From IMG/VR virus record IMGVR_UViG_3300032334_000488, positions 23,212-87,211 of that record: DNA of 64,000 bases; one strand, 5' to 3'. A model generated the notes under the pieces. It had not been told where the DNA came from. It did no database searches and saw only the letters and a list, made by a program, of their open reading frames with translations. The position numbers and the translations under genes were made by a program. How positions within the stretch are numbered: the first letter of the stretch is position 1; each line of letters begins with the position of its first letter. Shown here piece after piece: positions 24,222 to 33,702 of this stretch. The DNA is from a virus.

Positions 24222-26846
24222 TTGAGACCATTGCGTTTATTCGCAACACTATTTCTCACAACAGTTCTTTATTTATTAGGTCAATCAACTTCGTATGCAG
24301 ATGATGTCGTGCCACCTGCCCCAGAACAGGTGGTCGTTAGTCCTGCCCAAGCAGCGGTAAACACTGCACTGGCTACAGCAACGGTTGAGGTTGCTCAAGC
24401 AGTTGCTGCATCAGATACAGCCACAGCAACAGTAGCAACAGCAGTAACTGCAGTTACAACCGCAAACACAGAAGTTGCTCAAGCAAATACCGCAGTAGCA
24501 ACAGCAGTTGCAGCGGTTGCAGAGGTTGCAAACACCAGTTCGATTGCACCAACTGCAGCCACAGTAACACAAGACGTTACTACTGCAGTAGCAGCAGTAA
24601 CCAATGCAGTCGCAGCAATACCTGCAAATGCAACAACAGCAACCTCAGAGGTTACAACTGCACAGACTACTGTTACAGAAGCAACAGCAACAGTAGCCGC
24701 AGCAACAACAACTTTGGTTGAGGCTGTAGTTGCAGCATCTACACCTGCAGCAAGCGCTACACCAACACCCGAAGTAACAATTACCCAGGTTGCAACTCAA
24801 GTAGCAACAGAGGCGGCACAAGCAGCAACAGCAACAACTGCCGTACAGAATGCAGCAACTCAAATACAAGAAGCAAGCACTGCAGTAACAGCCGCAACTA
24901 CAGCCGTTGCAGCAGTTTCTCCAGCACGTACGGAAGCACAAACTCAGTTAACACAAGCCAACGTAGCAATTAACAACGCACAAGATGCAGTCAACGCACT
25001 AGCGGCAACTATTGGTGCTTCAACAAACGTGTTAGCAAACACTGATGATGCTGGCGTTCGTATGAACCTACCGTTTAATTTACGTATGGGTAATACTGTT
25101 TACAACAATGTCTACGTAGGATCTAACGCAACTATTACTTTTGGCGTTAACGAAGGCGGAAACTACTACTCAACACCTTCTGCACCATCTATTTCTATTG
25201 CAGGATATGACTGGACCACATGGAGTAATGGCTCTGGCGTTACTTACTCAACAACTACTAATACCCTTACTGTTGCTTGGGATGTGCGTCCATACCCTCA
25301 AATGACTGCAGATACACAGATGACTCAAATTCGTTTTAACGCCGATGTCAATCCAGCAGATGGGGCATGGGCAGCCGACGTAAGCGTTACTGGCCCAATC
25401 CCAAACGGTGCTCGCTTTAACATTCGTCCAACTACTAACGGAACAATTATTCCAATTATTGACACAAACTCTGGTCCTGGATTTAACGGAACTATTAGCC
25501 AAGGTGCGCCATTTACACCAATTCCAGACCCAAGTACTGCTGCAGTTCAGTCTGCAATTGATACTGCAAATGCACAGATCGCAACTTTAAATGCTGCGAT
25601 TACAAACGTGGTTGCTGCTAATACTGCAACTGCAACAGCAGCATCACGAATTGCCCCAGTAACCGCAGTATCTGCAAACACGGTTACAGCATTAAACACA
25701 GCCACTACAGACTTGACTACTAAAGTTGAGAACCTTGCAGTTGTTTCTACTGCAGTTGACAAGGTAGTAACAGCGCCAACAGTTATTGAATCAGCACAAA
25801 CAACTATTACTGCTATTCCTGCTCCCGCTCCAGAACCTGCGCCCACTCCTGCTCCCACACCACAACCACAGCCAGAGCCACAACCCCAGCCAACACCAGA
25901 CCCAACACCATCCCCAGAACCAACACCTGAACCTCCTACTCCTGATCCAATTCCTGAACCACCTGTAAATCCTCCTGATACTGACACAGGTCCTGATATG
26001 CCTCCTCAACCTTCTGAAGAGCCTCCTGCACCTGCGGAGGAACCACCAGTACCTGTTGAGGAGCCACCAGCAACTGCTGAAGAACCACCTGCGACTGCTG
26101 AAGAACCGCCTGTAGCAATTCCTGATCCTGATGGTTCGATTGGTGAACCAGAAACTCCAGCCGAGCCACCAGTAGACCCAGCGCCTGAACCTGAACCTGA
26201 GCCTGCTCCTGAACCTGCTCCTGCGCCAGAACCAGCGCCTGAACCAAAGCCTGAACCTGCTCCTGCACCTGAACCTCCTGCTCCTGCTCCTACACCAACT
26301 GTAGCAGAGGCTGTTAAAGATGCGATGGCAGATGGAAAACTTACAAACGCTGAGAAGGCTGTTGTTGCTGAGGCACTTATTGCTGCAGTTGCACCAGGTC
26401 AAGCAGTCAGTGCTGCAGACATAAAAGAAGCAGGACTTGAATACAAAGATCTTCCTCCAGCAACTCCTGTAGAGGTTCGCACCGATGAGAAGGGTAATGA
26501 AGTTATCATTACTGCAGAAGTTGCGGCACAAGTTGAATTGTTACAAGATCCAGGCGCATTATTATCAACAGCACTATCTGATCCAGGCGCAGCGTTAGCA
26601 GCCCTTGGAAGTATCGGTGCAGATATGTCACCAGAAGAACGTGAAGAAGCGACAAAGATGGTTGTTGCAACAGTGATTGCATCTGGCGCTGCGTTGAACG
26701 CAGTAGGTGCAGCAGCAGGAGCAGCAACTGGTGGTGCCACTGGAGGATCACGAAGTGGTGGCGGTGGTTCTGGTGGCGGTAGCGGTGGCGGTGGAGGCGG
26801 TTCTAGTGAGAGCAAAGCAATGAGACGAAGAAAGGAAGCAATATGA
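24222..26846 (+). CDS. large secreted, membrane-anchored Ala/Thr- and Pro/Glu-rich protein
   Basis: Signal peptide (SYA|DD), A/T/V stalk, globular beta domain, PEPAP repeats, C-terminal hydrophobic segment followed by RRRK. Confidence 0.75.
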   Translation: MRPLRLFATLFLTTVLYLLGQSTSYADDVVPPAPEQVVVSPAQAAVNTALATATVEVAQAVAASDTATATVATAVTAVTTANTEVAQANTAVATAVAAVAEVANTSSIAPTAATVTQDVTTAVAAVTNAVAAIPANATTATSEVTTAQTTVTEATATVAAATTTLVEAVVAASTPAASATPTPEVTITQVATQVATEAAQAATATTAVQNAATQIQEASTAVTAATTAVAAVSPARTEAQTQLTQANVAINNAQDAVNALAATIGASTNVLANTDDAGVRMNLPFNLRMGNTVYNNVYVGSNATITFGVNEGGNYYSTPSAPSISIAGYDWTTWSNGSGVTYSTTTNTLTVAWDVRPYPQMTADTQMTQIRFNADVNPADGAWAADVSVTGPIPNGARFNIRPTTNGTIIPIIDTNSGPGFNGTISQGAPFTPIPDPSTAAVQSAIDTANAQIATLNAAITNVVAANTATATAASRIAPVTAVSANTVTALNTATTDLTTKVENLAVVSTAVDKVVTAPTVIESAQTTITAIPAPAPEPAPTPAPTPQPQPEPQPQPTPDPTPSPEPTPEPPTPDPIPEPPVNPPDTDTGPDMPPQPSEEPPAPAEEPPVPVEEPPATAEEPPATAEEPPVAIPDPDGSIGEPETPAEPPVDPAPEPEPEPAPEPAPAPEPAPEPKPEPAPAPEPPAPAPTPTVAEAVKDAMADGKLTNAEKAVVAEALIAAVAPGQAVSAADIKEAGLEYKDLPPATPVEVRTDEKGNEVIITAEVAAQVELLQDPGALLSTALSDPGAALAALGSIGADMSPEEREEATKMVVATVIASGAALNAVGAAAGAATGGATGGSRSGGGGSGGGSGGGGGGSSESKAMRRRKEAI

Positions 26847-27007
26847 GAATCCTAAAAGACATGGTTGACCAACTATGGACTCTCCTTGGAATGTTCATTG
26901 CATGGGTCGTACTCGACGGAAGTGCAAAGACTATCGTTGGATACGCCATTATTGGAACAATCTTTGCTTGGGTCATTACGTATCCCCTGCGTAATCGAGA
27001 CGAATAA
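26843..27007 (+). CDS. small 2-TM membrane protein
   Basis: MRILKDMVDQLWTLLGMFIAWVVL..., ATGA-coupled. Confidence 0.6.
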   Translation: MRILKDMVDQLWTLLGMFIAWVVLDGSAKTIVGYAIIGTIFAWVITYPLRNRDE

Positions 27008-27043
27008 GGGATTATTAGGCGAGGGCACTTAGTAAGGAGAAAC

Positions 27044-27235
27044 ATGGATATCAACGTACTTAAGGCTGCAGGAGCAACTTGGCTTCGTGCATCTGTTGCT
27101 GCAGTAGCAGCACTCTACATGGCGGGCATCACAGACCCAAAGACATTGGCTAACGCTTTTGTTGCAGGTCTACTTGGACCAGCAGCAAAGTTTGTAAATC
27201 CAAAAGACCCATCATACGGTTTCGGCAAGAAGTAA
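27044..27235 (+). CDS. holin-like protein
   Basis: TWLRASVAAVAALY...NPKDPSYG, two TM segments. Confidence 0.6.
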   Translation: MDINVLKAAGATWLRASVAAVAALYMAGITDPKTLANAFVAGLLGPAAKFVNPKDPSYGFGKK

Positions 27236-27253
27236 TTTAAAGGAGAAGCACCA

Positions 27254-27634
27254 GTGACAAATACCTTTGCAACTATTGGCATTGTTGCTGGTGCTCTCAT
27301 TAGCATCGGAGTGCTCTTGAGCCCATTGTACAAAAAACTAAAACGCTTTATGCAATGGATGGAACGATTCATGCGTGACTGGGAAGGCGAAGAAGCCTCA
27401 CCAGGACGTGATCGAGTTCCAGGTGTAATGGAGCGCCTTAATAAGATGGATGGCGAACTCAGCCAGAATGGCGGCTACACAACAGTCAAAGACCGAGTAG
27501 ATCGTCTCTATGAAAACCAGGCACGGGTGATTGAGACCCAAGAAAAGATGCTAGAAGCCTTTGTAGAGATGGGTGAGCGTCTTATTGCCATTGAAAATTG
27601 TTTGACAGACACAAAGACTGAACCCCGTATTTAA
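27254..27634 (+). CDS. membrane protein (actinophage lysis-associated type)
   Basis: N-terminal TM, then DWEGEE..PG...PGVMERL...NGG. Confidence 0.6.
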   Translation: MTNTFATIGIVAGALISIGVLLSPLYKKLKRFMQWMERFMRDWEGEEASPGRDRVPGVMERLNKMDGELSQNGGYTTVKDRVDRLYENQARVIETQEKMLEAFVEMGERLIAIENCLTDTKTEPRI

Positions 27635-27648
27635 GGGAAGATAGACCC

Positions 27649-28029
27649 ATGAATGAGATAAATCCTTTCCTATCTGTAAGCCGCATGATCGGTGACCAGT
27701 ACCGTAAGGGTGCTCGTCAAGCACGAGACATCAGCGTCCATCACGACCTTCAAACTGCACTAGCAACACATGCAGTTCAGTACGAGGCGGTAACTCGTCA
27801 AGCAGCACAACAGGCACGTTTGACTGAGCGCTCAGAAAAGAATCGCTCATCAAGAGCAACAGAGTTTTTTGGCATGGTTCATTCACACGCACAACCAGGA
27901 AAGCCAGTGTCAATTAAGCACGGAGACATTCACGCTAGTTACACACCTGCTGCTCCTGCAGTACCTGCTGCTCCTAAGCCAGGAAGAGTTCCTGTGAAGA
28001 AGAACAGGGGCGGAAAGAGCCCTCGCTAA
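27649..28029 (+). CDS. hypothetical protein
   Basis: 126-aa ORF. Confidence 0.55.
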   Translation: MNEINPFLSVSRMIGDQYRKGARQARDISVHHDLQTALATHAVQYEAVTRQAAQQARLTERSEKNRSSRATEFFGMVHSHAQPGKPVSIKHGDIHASYTPAAPAVPAAPKPGRVPVKKNRGGKSPR

Positions 28030-28379
28030 TGGCTGGCCAACTTGACAAGGGCCACGACTCTTACAGCCACTTTAACGACGGAGTCAACAGTCGTGTAAAT
28101 CCCATGACTGCAATCGATAAGAAGATTCTAAATTTTGCTGTTAAGATTGCAAACAACCCAGTAACAAAGACTCACGGTCAGATCCTCCGTAACTTCGGAA
28201 TGTATCCTCCAGAGTTTTGGACAAGGGCTCAGAATCTTTCTGGTCATCCAGAAGTTCCTGAAGAACACAAACAAAAACTTGCTGAAATGTTTCCAGACCC
28301 ATCACGTCCAGGACCTATGGGTGGCGGTGCTGATGTGAACACAGAGAGCAAAAAGTTTAGTCATGGATTGGAGTGGTAA
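28029..28379 (+). CDS. hypothetical protein, DUF3263-like
   Basis: MTAIDKKILNF...ILRNFGMYPPEFW..NL..HPE resembles actinobacterial DUF3263. Confidence 0.45.
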   Translation: MAGQLDKGHDSYSHFNDGVNSRVNPMTAIDKKILNFAVKIANNPVTKTHGQILRNFGMYPPEFWTRAQNLSGHPEVPEEHKQKLAEMFPDPSRPGPMGGGADVNTESKKFSHGLEW

Positions 28380-28630
28380 TGAAGTGTGTCAACTGCAGTA
28401 GACCAGCACTTTTTGAGTATCGCTTAACTGAAGAAACATCTATCTTTTATTGCGATAAAGATTTGCCAAAGTTCTTAGAAGAAAGAAAAAAGGCAGGTCT
28501 ATTAACTCTTACTCAAGAGTACAAAGATTCGGCCAAGACAGCGTTAGAGGCTGTAACTTATGAGCCTTCTATTCCAGCATCGACAGATGAGGCTCCTAAG
28601 AAGAAGACCATTAAAAAGTCGGCAAAGTAA
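28373..28630 (+). CDS. hypothetical protein
   Basis: CVNC...YC..LPKFL. Confidence 0.55.
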   Translation: MVMKCVNCSRPALFEYRLTEETSIFYCDKDLPKFLEERKKAGLLTLTQEYKDSAKTALEAVTYEPSIPASTDEAPKKKTIKKSAK

Positions 28631-28867
28631 ATGAAGGTCATACGCAAGTTTGCGATACAAGGCCATGAAATTCCATCATCTGCTCACAGTCCTAGAGGAC
28701 CATTTCCTCCAGAGGTTCTAGCAGGTCCTCAGATGGACCCTTCCGAATATCACTCTGATTCACTCCATGTAGGGTTAGATGACATCAGATTCTTCAAATG
28801 CAAGGAATGCCACACAGTTCTAGAAACAAATGAACTTGAAGACCATGATTGCGATGATTTTAAGTAG
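28631..28867 (+). CDS. hypothetical Zn-finger protein
   Basis: FKCKEC...HDC. Confidence 0.55.
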   Translation: MKVIRKFAIQGHEIPSSAHSPRGPFPPEVLAGPQMDPSEYHSDSLHVGLDDIRFFKCKECHTVLETNELEDHDCDDFK

Positions 28868-28925
28868 ACTTGTCATGCCTCTAAGCGCATGAGGCTTTAA
28901 CTTCTCTAGAGAAAGCAGACTATTC

Positions 28926-29582
28926 ATGGCAACAAATAACAACGGTAATCTTCTAGATTCCGCAGGTGAGGTCGCTATTGACTTCGTATGGGGTAACTTC
29001 CCTATTCAACCAAATGATGCTCGTCCAAACACAACAGCAGAGCGTCTAGATCCAGCATTAGATAGCCACATCATCGCTCTTTCAGGATGGAATGGCTACC
29101 CACAGTACACACCAGATACACCAGGAGAAGATGTAGCAGGTTCAACTGACTATATCCTTACTCCAAATGTTCTTGGTCTTACAACAGCACTTGCACAAGA
29201 TGCGTTGAAGGATGCGTCATTCGGAACAATCACTGTGAACACAGCAGCAACAAACGCTGCTAAGTCAATTACAGACGTTGACCGTGCTGAGGGCTCAACA
29301 ACTGCTCGCATTACAGCAACAGGTGCAACTGCAGCATACCCAGTTGGTACAAAGATCACAGTCGCTTCAACAGGAACTGTTGATGGAACTTGGACTGTAA
29401 CTGCAAACGAAAGCACCGATAAGGTTTACTTTGTTACAAATGCAAGCACAGCATTGTCTACAGGAACTGGTTCAGTAATTGGTGTTCCAGGAACAATCAA
29501 GGCACAGTCAATTGCAGCAGCACAGAACAACATTGTTCCAGGTTCTGTAATTAACATTACACCTTGGGCAGCAGCATCCTAA
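28926..29582 (+). CDS. protein with interrupted PASTA-like domain
   Basis: TPNVLGLTTALAQDAL ... GTIKAQSIAA..VPGSVINIT. Confidence 0.5.
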   Translation: MATNNNGNLLDSAGEVAIDFVWGNFPIQPNDARPNTTAERLDPALDSHIIALSGWNGYPQYTPDTPGEDVAGSTDYILTPNVLGLTTALAQDALKDASFGTITVNTAATNAAKSITDVDRAEGSTTARITATGATAAYPVGTKITVASTGTVDGTWTVTANESTDKVYFVTNASTALSTGTGSVIGVPGTIKAQSIAAAQNNIVPGSVINITPWAAAS

Positions 29583-29599
29583 TCTGATAGGATAAAACA

Positions 29600-30238
29600 A
29601 TGGTACGTCCAGTAGGCGGCAGGGCTGTAAGCGGTCAACGCACATCCCTGCCGTCTTCTGACGAACTGAACCTTGCTATTGGTAAACAATTTGGTCCAAG
29701 ACAAATAGCAGGTATTGAAAAGATTACAGGTCCTTCTTATGGCGGACTTCCAGCAGCAGCCTCTTATGGTGAGTTTGATGAGATCATCTCTGTAATAAAT
29801 GCAAATGACACGTTGGAGTACTACGATCCAACTACAGGCAATAACTACAACAACCTTGCTCAACTAGAAGGATCTCAAGATGGAGAAGATGAGACTCCAG
29901 CAGAATTGACTTTAGTTCCAACTTCAACCACTAACCCAGAACGTCCTCGTACCGTGGCCGCTGGTTACGACAAAATTGATAATAAAATTACAGTTGTATT
30001 CCGTGATGGAACCTTCTACAACTACTACCAAGTAACCCCAACAGAATGGCAGGCGTTTAAAGCCCGTGTATCAAAGGGACGTTACATCTACAGTTATTTA
30101 GACTCAAAGCCTCGTGGACCTGCCGATGTTGTTGGAATCTCTGCAACAGCACGCAAAGCATTTTATCGCCTTGCTCGTGGATCTCAGGTACACTACAAAG
30201 GCAAACCACAAAAACTCCCTAAACCAAAGAAACCGTGA
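29600..30238 (+). CDS. KTSC-domain protein
   Basis: AGYD...ITVVFRDGTFYNYYQV...W..F....SKGRYI. Confidence 0.75.
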   Translation: MVRPVGGRAVSGQRTSLPSSDELNLAIGKQFGPRQIAGIEKITGPSYGGLPAAASYGEFDEIISVINANDTLEYYDPTTGNNYNNLAQLEGSQDGEDETPAELTLVPTSTTNPERPRTVAAGYDKIDNKITVVFRDGTFYNYYQVTPTEWQAFKARVSKGRYIYSYLDSKPRGPADVVGISATARKAFYRLARGSQVHYKGKPQKLPKPKKP

Positions 30239-30239
30239 T

Positions 30240-30641
30240 ATGCCTAAGGTACACAACATCGGATCAGTATTCGTTCAAGTAACTCGGTTCCCGTATGAGT
30301 GGGGAAACAAGGTTGTTGTACGTGGTTGGTCCCAAGAAATTGAAGAACCATTTAGAACTGCTAAACCGTTCATAGTACGTTTACCCAAGTACCATGGACT
30401 AGTCTTAGGCAAGTGGGGAGCCATGAAGGACGAAGAAGAAGCACTAAGCGGAGCACTAGCAAGACGGGAAGTTACATATGAGGATTTTACGGAAGAAGCA
30501 GGTTGGACACCAGCCCCAGACTCGGATCGAGAAGCGAGTGTCGATGGTCTCTACTCCAGATTTGATCTCTTGGATGGAGCAAGCAATGTTTACAATCGGA
30601 AAGAGCATCTCGACATGGCAGAGGCACCAGAGCGAGGCTGA
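30240..30641 (+). CDS. hypothetical protein
   Basis: Starts MPKVHNIG just after the KTSC stop. Confidence 0.5.
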   Translation: MPKVHNIGSVFVQVTRFPYEWGNKVVVRGWSQEIEEPFRTAKPFIVRLPKYHGLVLGKWGAMKDEEEALSGALARREVTYEDFTEEAGWTPAPDSDREASVDGLYSRFDLLDGASNVYNRKEHLDMAEAPERG

Positions 30642-30723
30642 TCTTGATGAGGTAGTCATGGGCGCTGAAGCCTTCTACGCTATTGCCAAAGAATTAAAGC
30701 GACGTTCACAGAGTTCACTATGA
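30478..30723 (+). CDS. hypothetical protein upstream of terminase
   Basis: 81 aa, ATGA-coupled to the terminase gene. Confidence 0.55.
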   Translation: MRILRKKQVGHQPQTRIEKRVSMVSTPDLISWMEQAMFTIGKSISTWQRHQSEADLDEVVMGAEAFYAIAKELKRRSQSSL

Positions 30724-32300
30724 CCTTTGATGATGAGAAGTTTGAAGAGATAAGTCCTGAGTTCTATCAACAGGATGAACAGACTGAGCCTGAAGCAATC
30801 GATGAGCAGTTAGATGAACTGTCTCAGCAGTTTGTTGACAAACTCGTTGATAAAATTATGGACTTCCTCAAGGTTCTTGTAGGACACGATCTTCATCCTT
30901 ACCAAAAGCCTCTAGCACGTCGCATTATTGAGTCCGTCATCATTAACGATGGCGAAGAAATTACAGCGTTAGCATCTCGTCAGTCAGGAAAGTCAGAGAC
31001 TGTTGCTGACACAGTAGCCACACTCATGGTGTTACTTCCAAGATTGGCAAAGTTATACCCAGACTTACTTGGTAAGTTTAAAGATGGCTTATGGGTAGGG
31101 CTATTTGCTCCTACTGAAGGACAGGCAGAAACTTTATTTGGTAGAACAGTAACTAGACTTACCTCAGAGCGTGCAATAGAAATCCTTGGCGATCCAGAAA
31201 TTGACGATCAAACAGCACGTGTGGGTGGAGTAACTCGTCAGATCAAGTTAAAGAAGTCTGGCTCTAGCATCATGATGATGACTGCAAACCCTCGTGCAAA
31301 GATTGAGTCTAAGTCATTCCATTTGATCGTGATTGATGAGTGCCAAGAGGCTGATGACTTTGTAGTCTCTAAGTCAATCTCTCCGATGCTTGCGTACTAC
31401 GCAGGAACAATGGTAAAGACTGGAACACCTACAACTAGTAAGAACAACTTCTATAAAGCAATCCAAATGAATCGACGTCGTCAAACGACTCGTGGTAATC
31501 GTCAGAATCATTTCCAGTGGGACTGGAGAGATGTTGCAAAGTTTAATGACAATTACGAGAAGTTTATTAGAAAAGAGATGCTACGCATCGGTGAGGAATC
31601 AGATGAATTTCAAATGTCGTACAACTGCAAATGGCTTCTTGAGCGAGGCATGTTTGTTACTTCGAACATTATGGACGACTTGGGCGACACTTCTCAGGAA
31701 CTGGTTAAGGTATGGCATAAAACCCCAGTCGTTGTCGGCATCGACCCTGCTCGTAAAACTGACTCTACAGTCGTTACTGTGGTTTGGGTTGATTGGGATC
31801 GTCCTGATGAGTTTGGTTACTTTGATCATCGAGTCCTTAACTGGCTAGAGATGCAGGGAGACGATTGGGAAGAGCAGTATTTCCAAATCGTAAACTTCCT
31901 CAGTAACTATGACGTCCTCGCTATCGGCGTAGATGCCAACGGTGTAGGTGATGCGGTAGCGCAACGTCTCAAGTTACTTATCCCTAGAGCAGAAGTTATG
32001 TCCTTAACCTCCAGCCCTAGTGAGCAATCCAAACGATGGAAGCACCTGCAAGCCCTGATTCAAAGAAAAATGGTTTCATGGCCTGCTCATGCAAAGACAC
32101 GACGTCTAAGAACTTGGAAAAGGTTTTATCAGCAGATGGTTGATGCAGAAGTTTCGTTTAAAGGACCGAATTATTTGGTTGCTGCTCCTGATGAGTCTTA
32201 TGCTCATGATGACTTTGTAGACAGTCTAGGAATAGCCTGCAGTCTTACCCAAGACCTAGTGATGCCTGAGGTCGTTGCTTCTAGCAATCCGTTTTTTTAA
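30720..32300 (+). CDS. terL: terminase large subunit
   Basis: Walker A SRQSGKS, Walker B LIVIDE, GTP coupling motif, nuclease GIDPAR and HDDFVDS. Confidence 0.92.
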   Translation: MTFDDEKFEEISPEFYQQDEQTEPEAIDEQLDELSQQFVDKLVDKIMDFLKVLVGHDLHPYQKPLARRIIESVIINDGEEITALASRQSGKSETVADTVATLMVLLPRLAKLYPDLLGKFKDGLWVGLFAPTEGQAETLFGRTVTRLTSERAIEILGDPEIDDQTARVGGVTRQIKLKKSGSSIMMMTANPRAKIESKSFHLIVIDECQEADDFVVSKSISPMLAYYAGTMVKTGTPTTSKNNFYKAIQMNRRRQTTRGNRQNHFQWDWRDVAKFNDNYEKFIRKEMLRIGEESDEFQMSYNCKWLLERGMFVTSNIMDDLGDTSQELVKVWHKTPVVVGIDPARKTDSTVVTVVWVDWDRPDEFGYFDHRVLNWLEMQGDDWEEQYFQIVNFLSNYDVLAIGVDANGVGDAVAQRLKLLIPRAEVMSLTSSPSEQSKRWKHLQALIQRKMVSWPAHAKTRRLRTWKRFYQQMVDAEVSFKGPNYLVAAPDESYAHDDFVDSLGIACSLTQDLVMPEVVASSNPFF

Positions 32301-32324
32301 CTAACATGTGATACCATTATTGGT

Positions 32325-32912
32325 ATGAATAAAACAAGCAACTTGTGTGAAGTAAAAGAATGCGTAAAACAGGCCAAATCAGTAGGCCTATGTTCTATGC
32401 ACTACGCTAGAAAACGCCGTCATGGAACTGTGGGATTGGCTAAGGAACAGAGGGAAAAACCTAATCAAGTTTGTTCAGTTGTAGAGTGTGGAAAAAAGGC
32501 ATATGGGAAGTCTTTATGCTCTAAACATTGGCAAAGACTTCGTGCAAAAGGTACTTTGGAGGATCCTCCATCCCCAAAAATTGGTTGTAAAATTTTGAAG
32601 TGTACGAGTAACCACTTTGCGAAAGATATGTGCGAAAAGCATTACATGAGGCAAAATTGGTTGATAAAAGCATACGGAATAACTATGGATGACCTACTTG
32701 AGAAAATAAAGGTACAAGACAATAGATGCAGTATTTGTAAGAACGAGTTTGACCTAAGTGCCCCTCAGTTTATCCACGTGGACCACAGCCATTCTACTGG
32801 GAAAGTACGGGACATCCTATGTCACTACTGCAACACTGGGCTTGGGATGTTCAAGGAAAACTCAGACTTTTTAAAGTCAGCAATTAAGTACCTAAAAAAG
32901 CACAGCAATTAG
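32325..32912 (+). CDS. endonuclease VII-like homing endonuclease with three CxxxxC..CxxH repeats
   Basis: HVDHSHSTGKVRDILCHYCNTGLG. Confidence 0.85.
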   Translation: MNKTSNLCEVKECVKQAKSVGLCSMHYARKRRHGTVGLAKEQREKPNQVCSVVECGKKAYGKSLCSKHWQRLRAKGTLEDPPSPKIGCKILKCTSNHFAKDMCEKHYMRQNWLIKAYGITMDDLLEKIKVQDNRCSICKNEFDLSAPQFIHVDHSHSTGKVRDILCHYCNTGLGMFKENSDFLKSAIKYLKKHSN

Positions 32913-32988
32913 CAACATCGACTCTTACAAAAGGTGGAAACTATGTACTAAGGAAAAGGCCTTTCCAATACATCCTTAAGGAGTAAAT

Positions 32989-33384
32989 ATGACAATCTCA
33001 CCAGCACCTCGCTTTCCAGAGCGTGCACCTCAGATCTACGAAATGAAAGAGTCTGGCAACGCAACTCGTCGTGGACCACTACGTTTTGAAGAAGGAATCG
33101 CAACTGACACAGATGTGCCAAACGATTTCCAGACAGGAATGATGTCAGGTTCTGCAACAGCACCTGGCCGTCCAAACCGCAACGCACCAGTGTGGCAGAA
33201 GTCTGCTGCTGAAACTCTTTCAGAGCGTGCACATGTAGGATCAGCATCATGGGTAGAAGCACCAACATATCTTGGTGAGTTTGCACATGGAACAATGAAC
33301 GATTACTCAGGTGCTCAGATTGAGACTGCAGTTCGTTCAGGTGGACGTACACAGCGTATGTCTCCAACAGTCGTAAACGACTAA
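32989..33384 (+). CDS. hypothetical (probable virion) protein
   Basis: 131 aa, AAGGAG RBS, in the head module. Confidence 0.6.
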   Translation: MTISPAPRFPERAPQIYEMKESGNATRRGPLRFEEGIATDTDVPNDFQTGMMSGSATAPGRPNRNAPVWQKSAAETLSERAHVGSASWVEAPTYLGEFAHGTMNDYSGAQIETAVRSGGRTQRMSPTVVND

Positions 33385-33453
33385 TAGTTTAGTAAGCACG
33401 CCGACCCACCCTTACACTAGTGTGAGGGTGGTTAGGCTATCCTTGGAGGAGAT

Positions 33454-33702
33454 ATGAGAAAACCAGCAAACCCAAAGTTGTACGCAACTATTGTTGCTAT
33501 GGCTCGTGCGAAGTACTCGTCGTATCCAAATCCAGGTGCATCAGCATGGGTGCATAAGAAGTACGTACAAAGCGGTGGACAGTTTATTGAGACCACTGAA
33601 GCAACACGTCGTGCAGGTATGGAAAAGAAGAAAGCCGACAAAGAAAAATCAAAACACTTGGAAGAGAAAAAAGACGTTAAGAAAGATAAGAAGAAGAAGT
33701 AA
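33454..33702 (+). CDS. basic hypothetical protein
   Basis: PANPKLY...YPNPGASAWVHKKY..GG with a Lys-rich tail. Confidence 0.6.
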   Translation: MRKPANPKLYATIVAMARAKYSSYPNPGASAWVHKKYVQSGGQFIETTEATRRAGMEKKKADKEKSKHLEEKKDVKKDKKKK

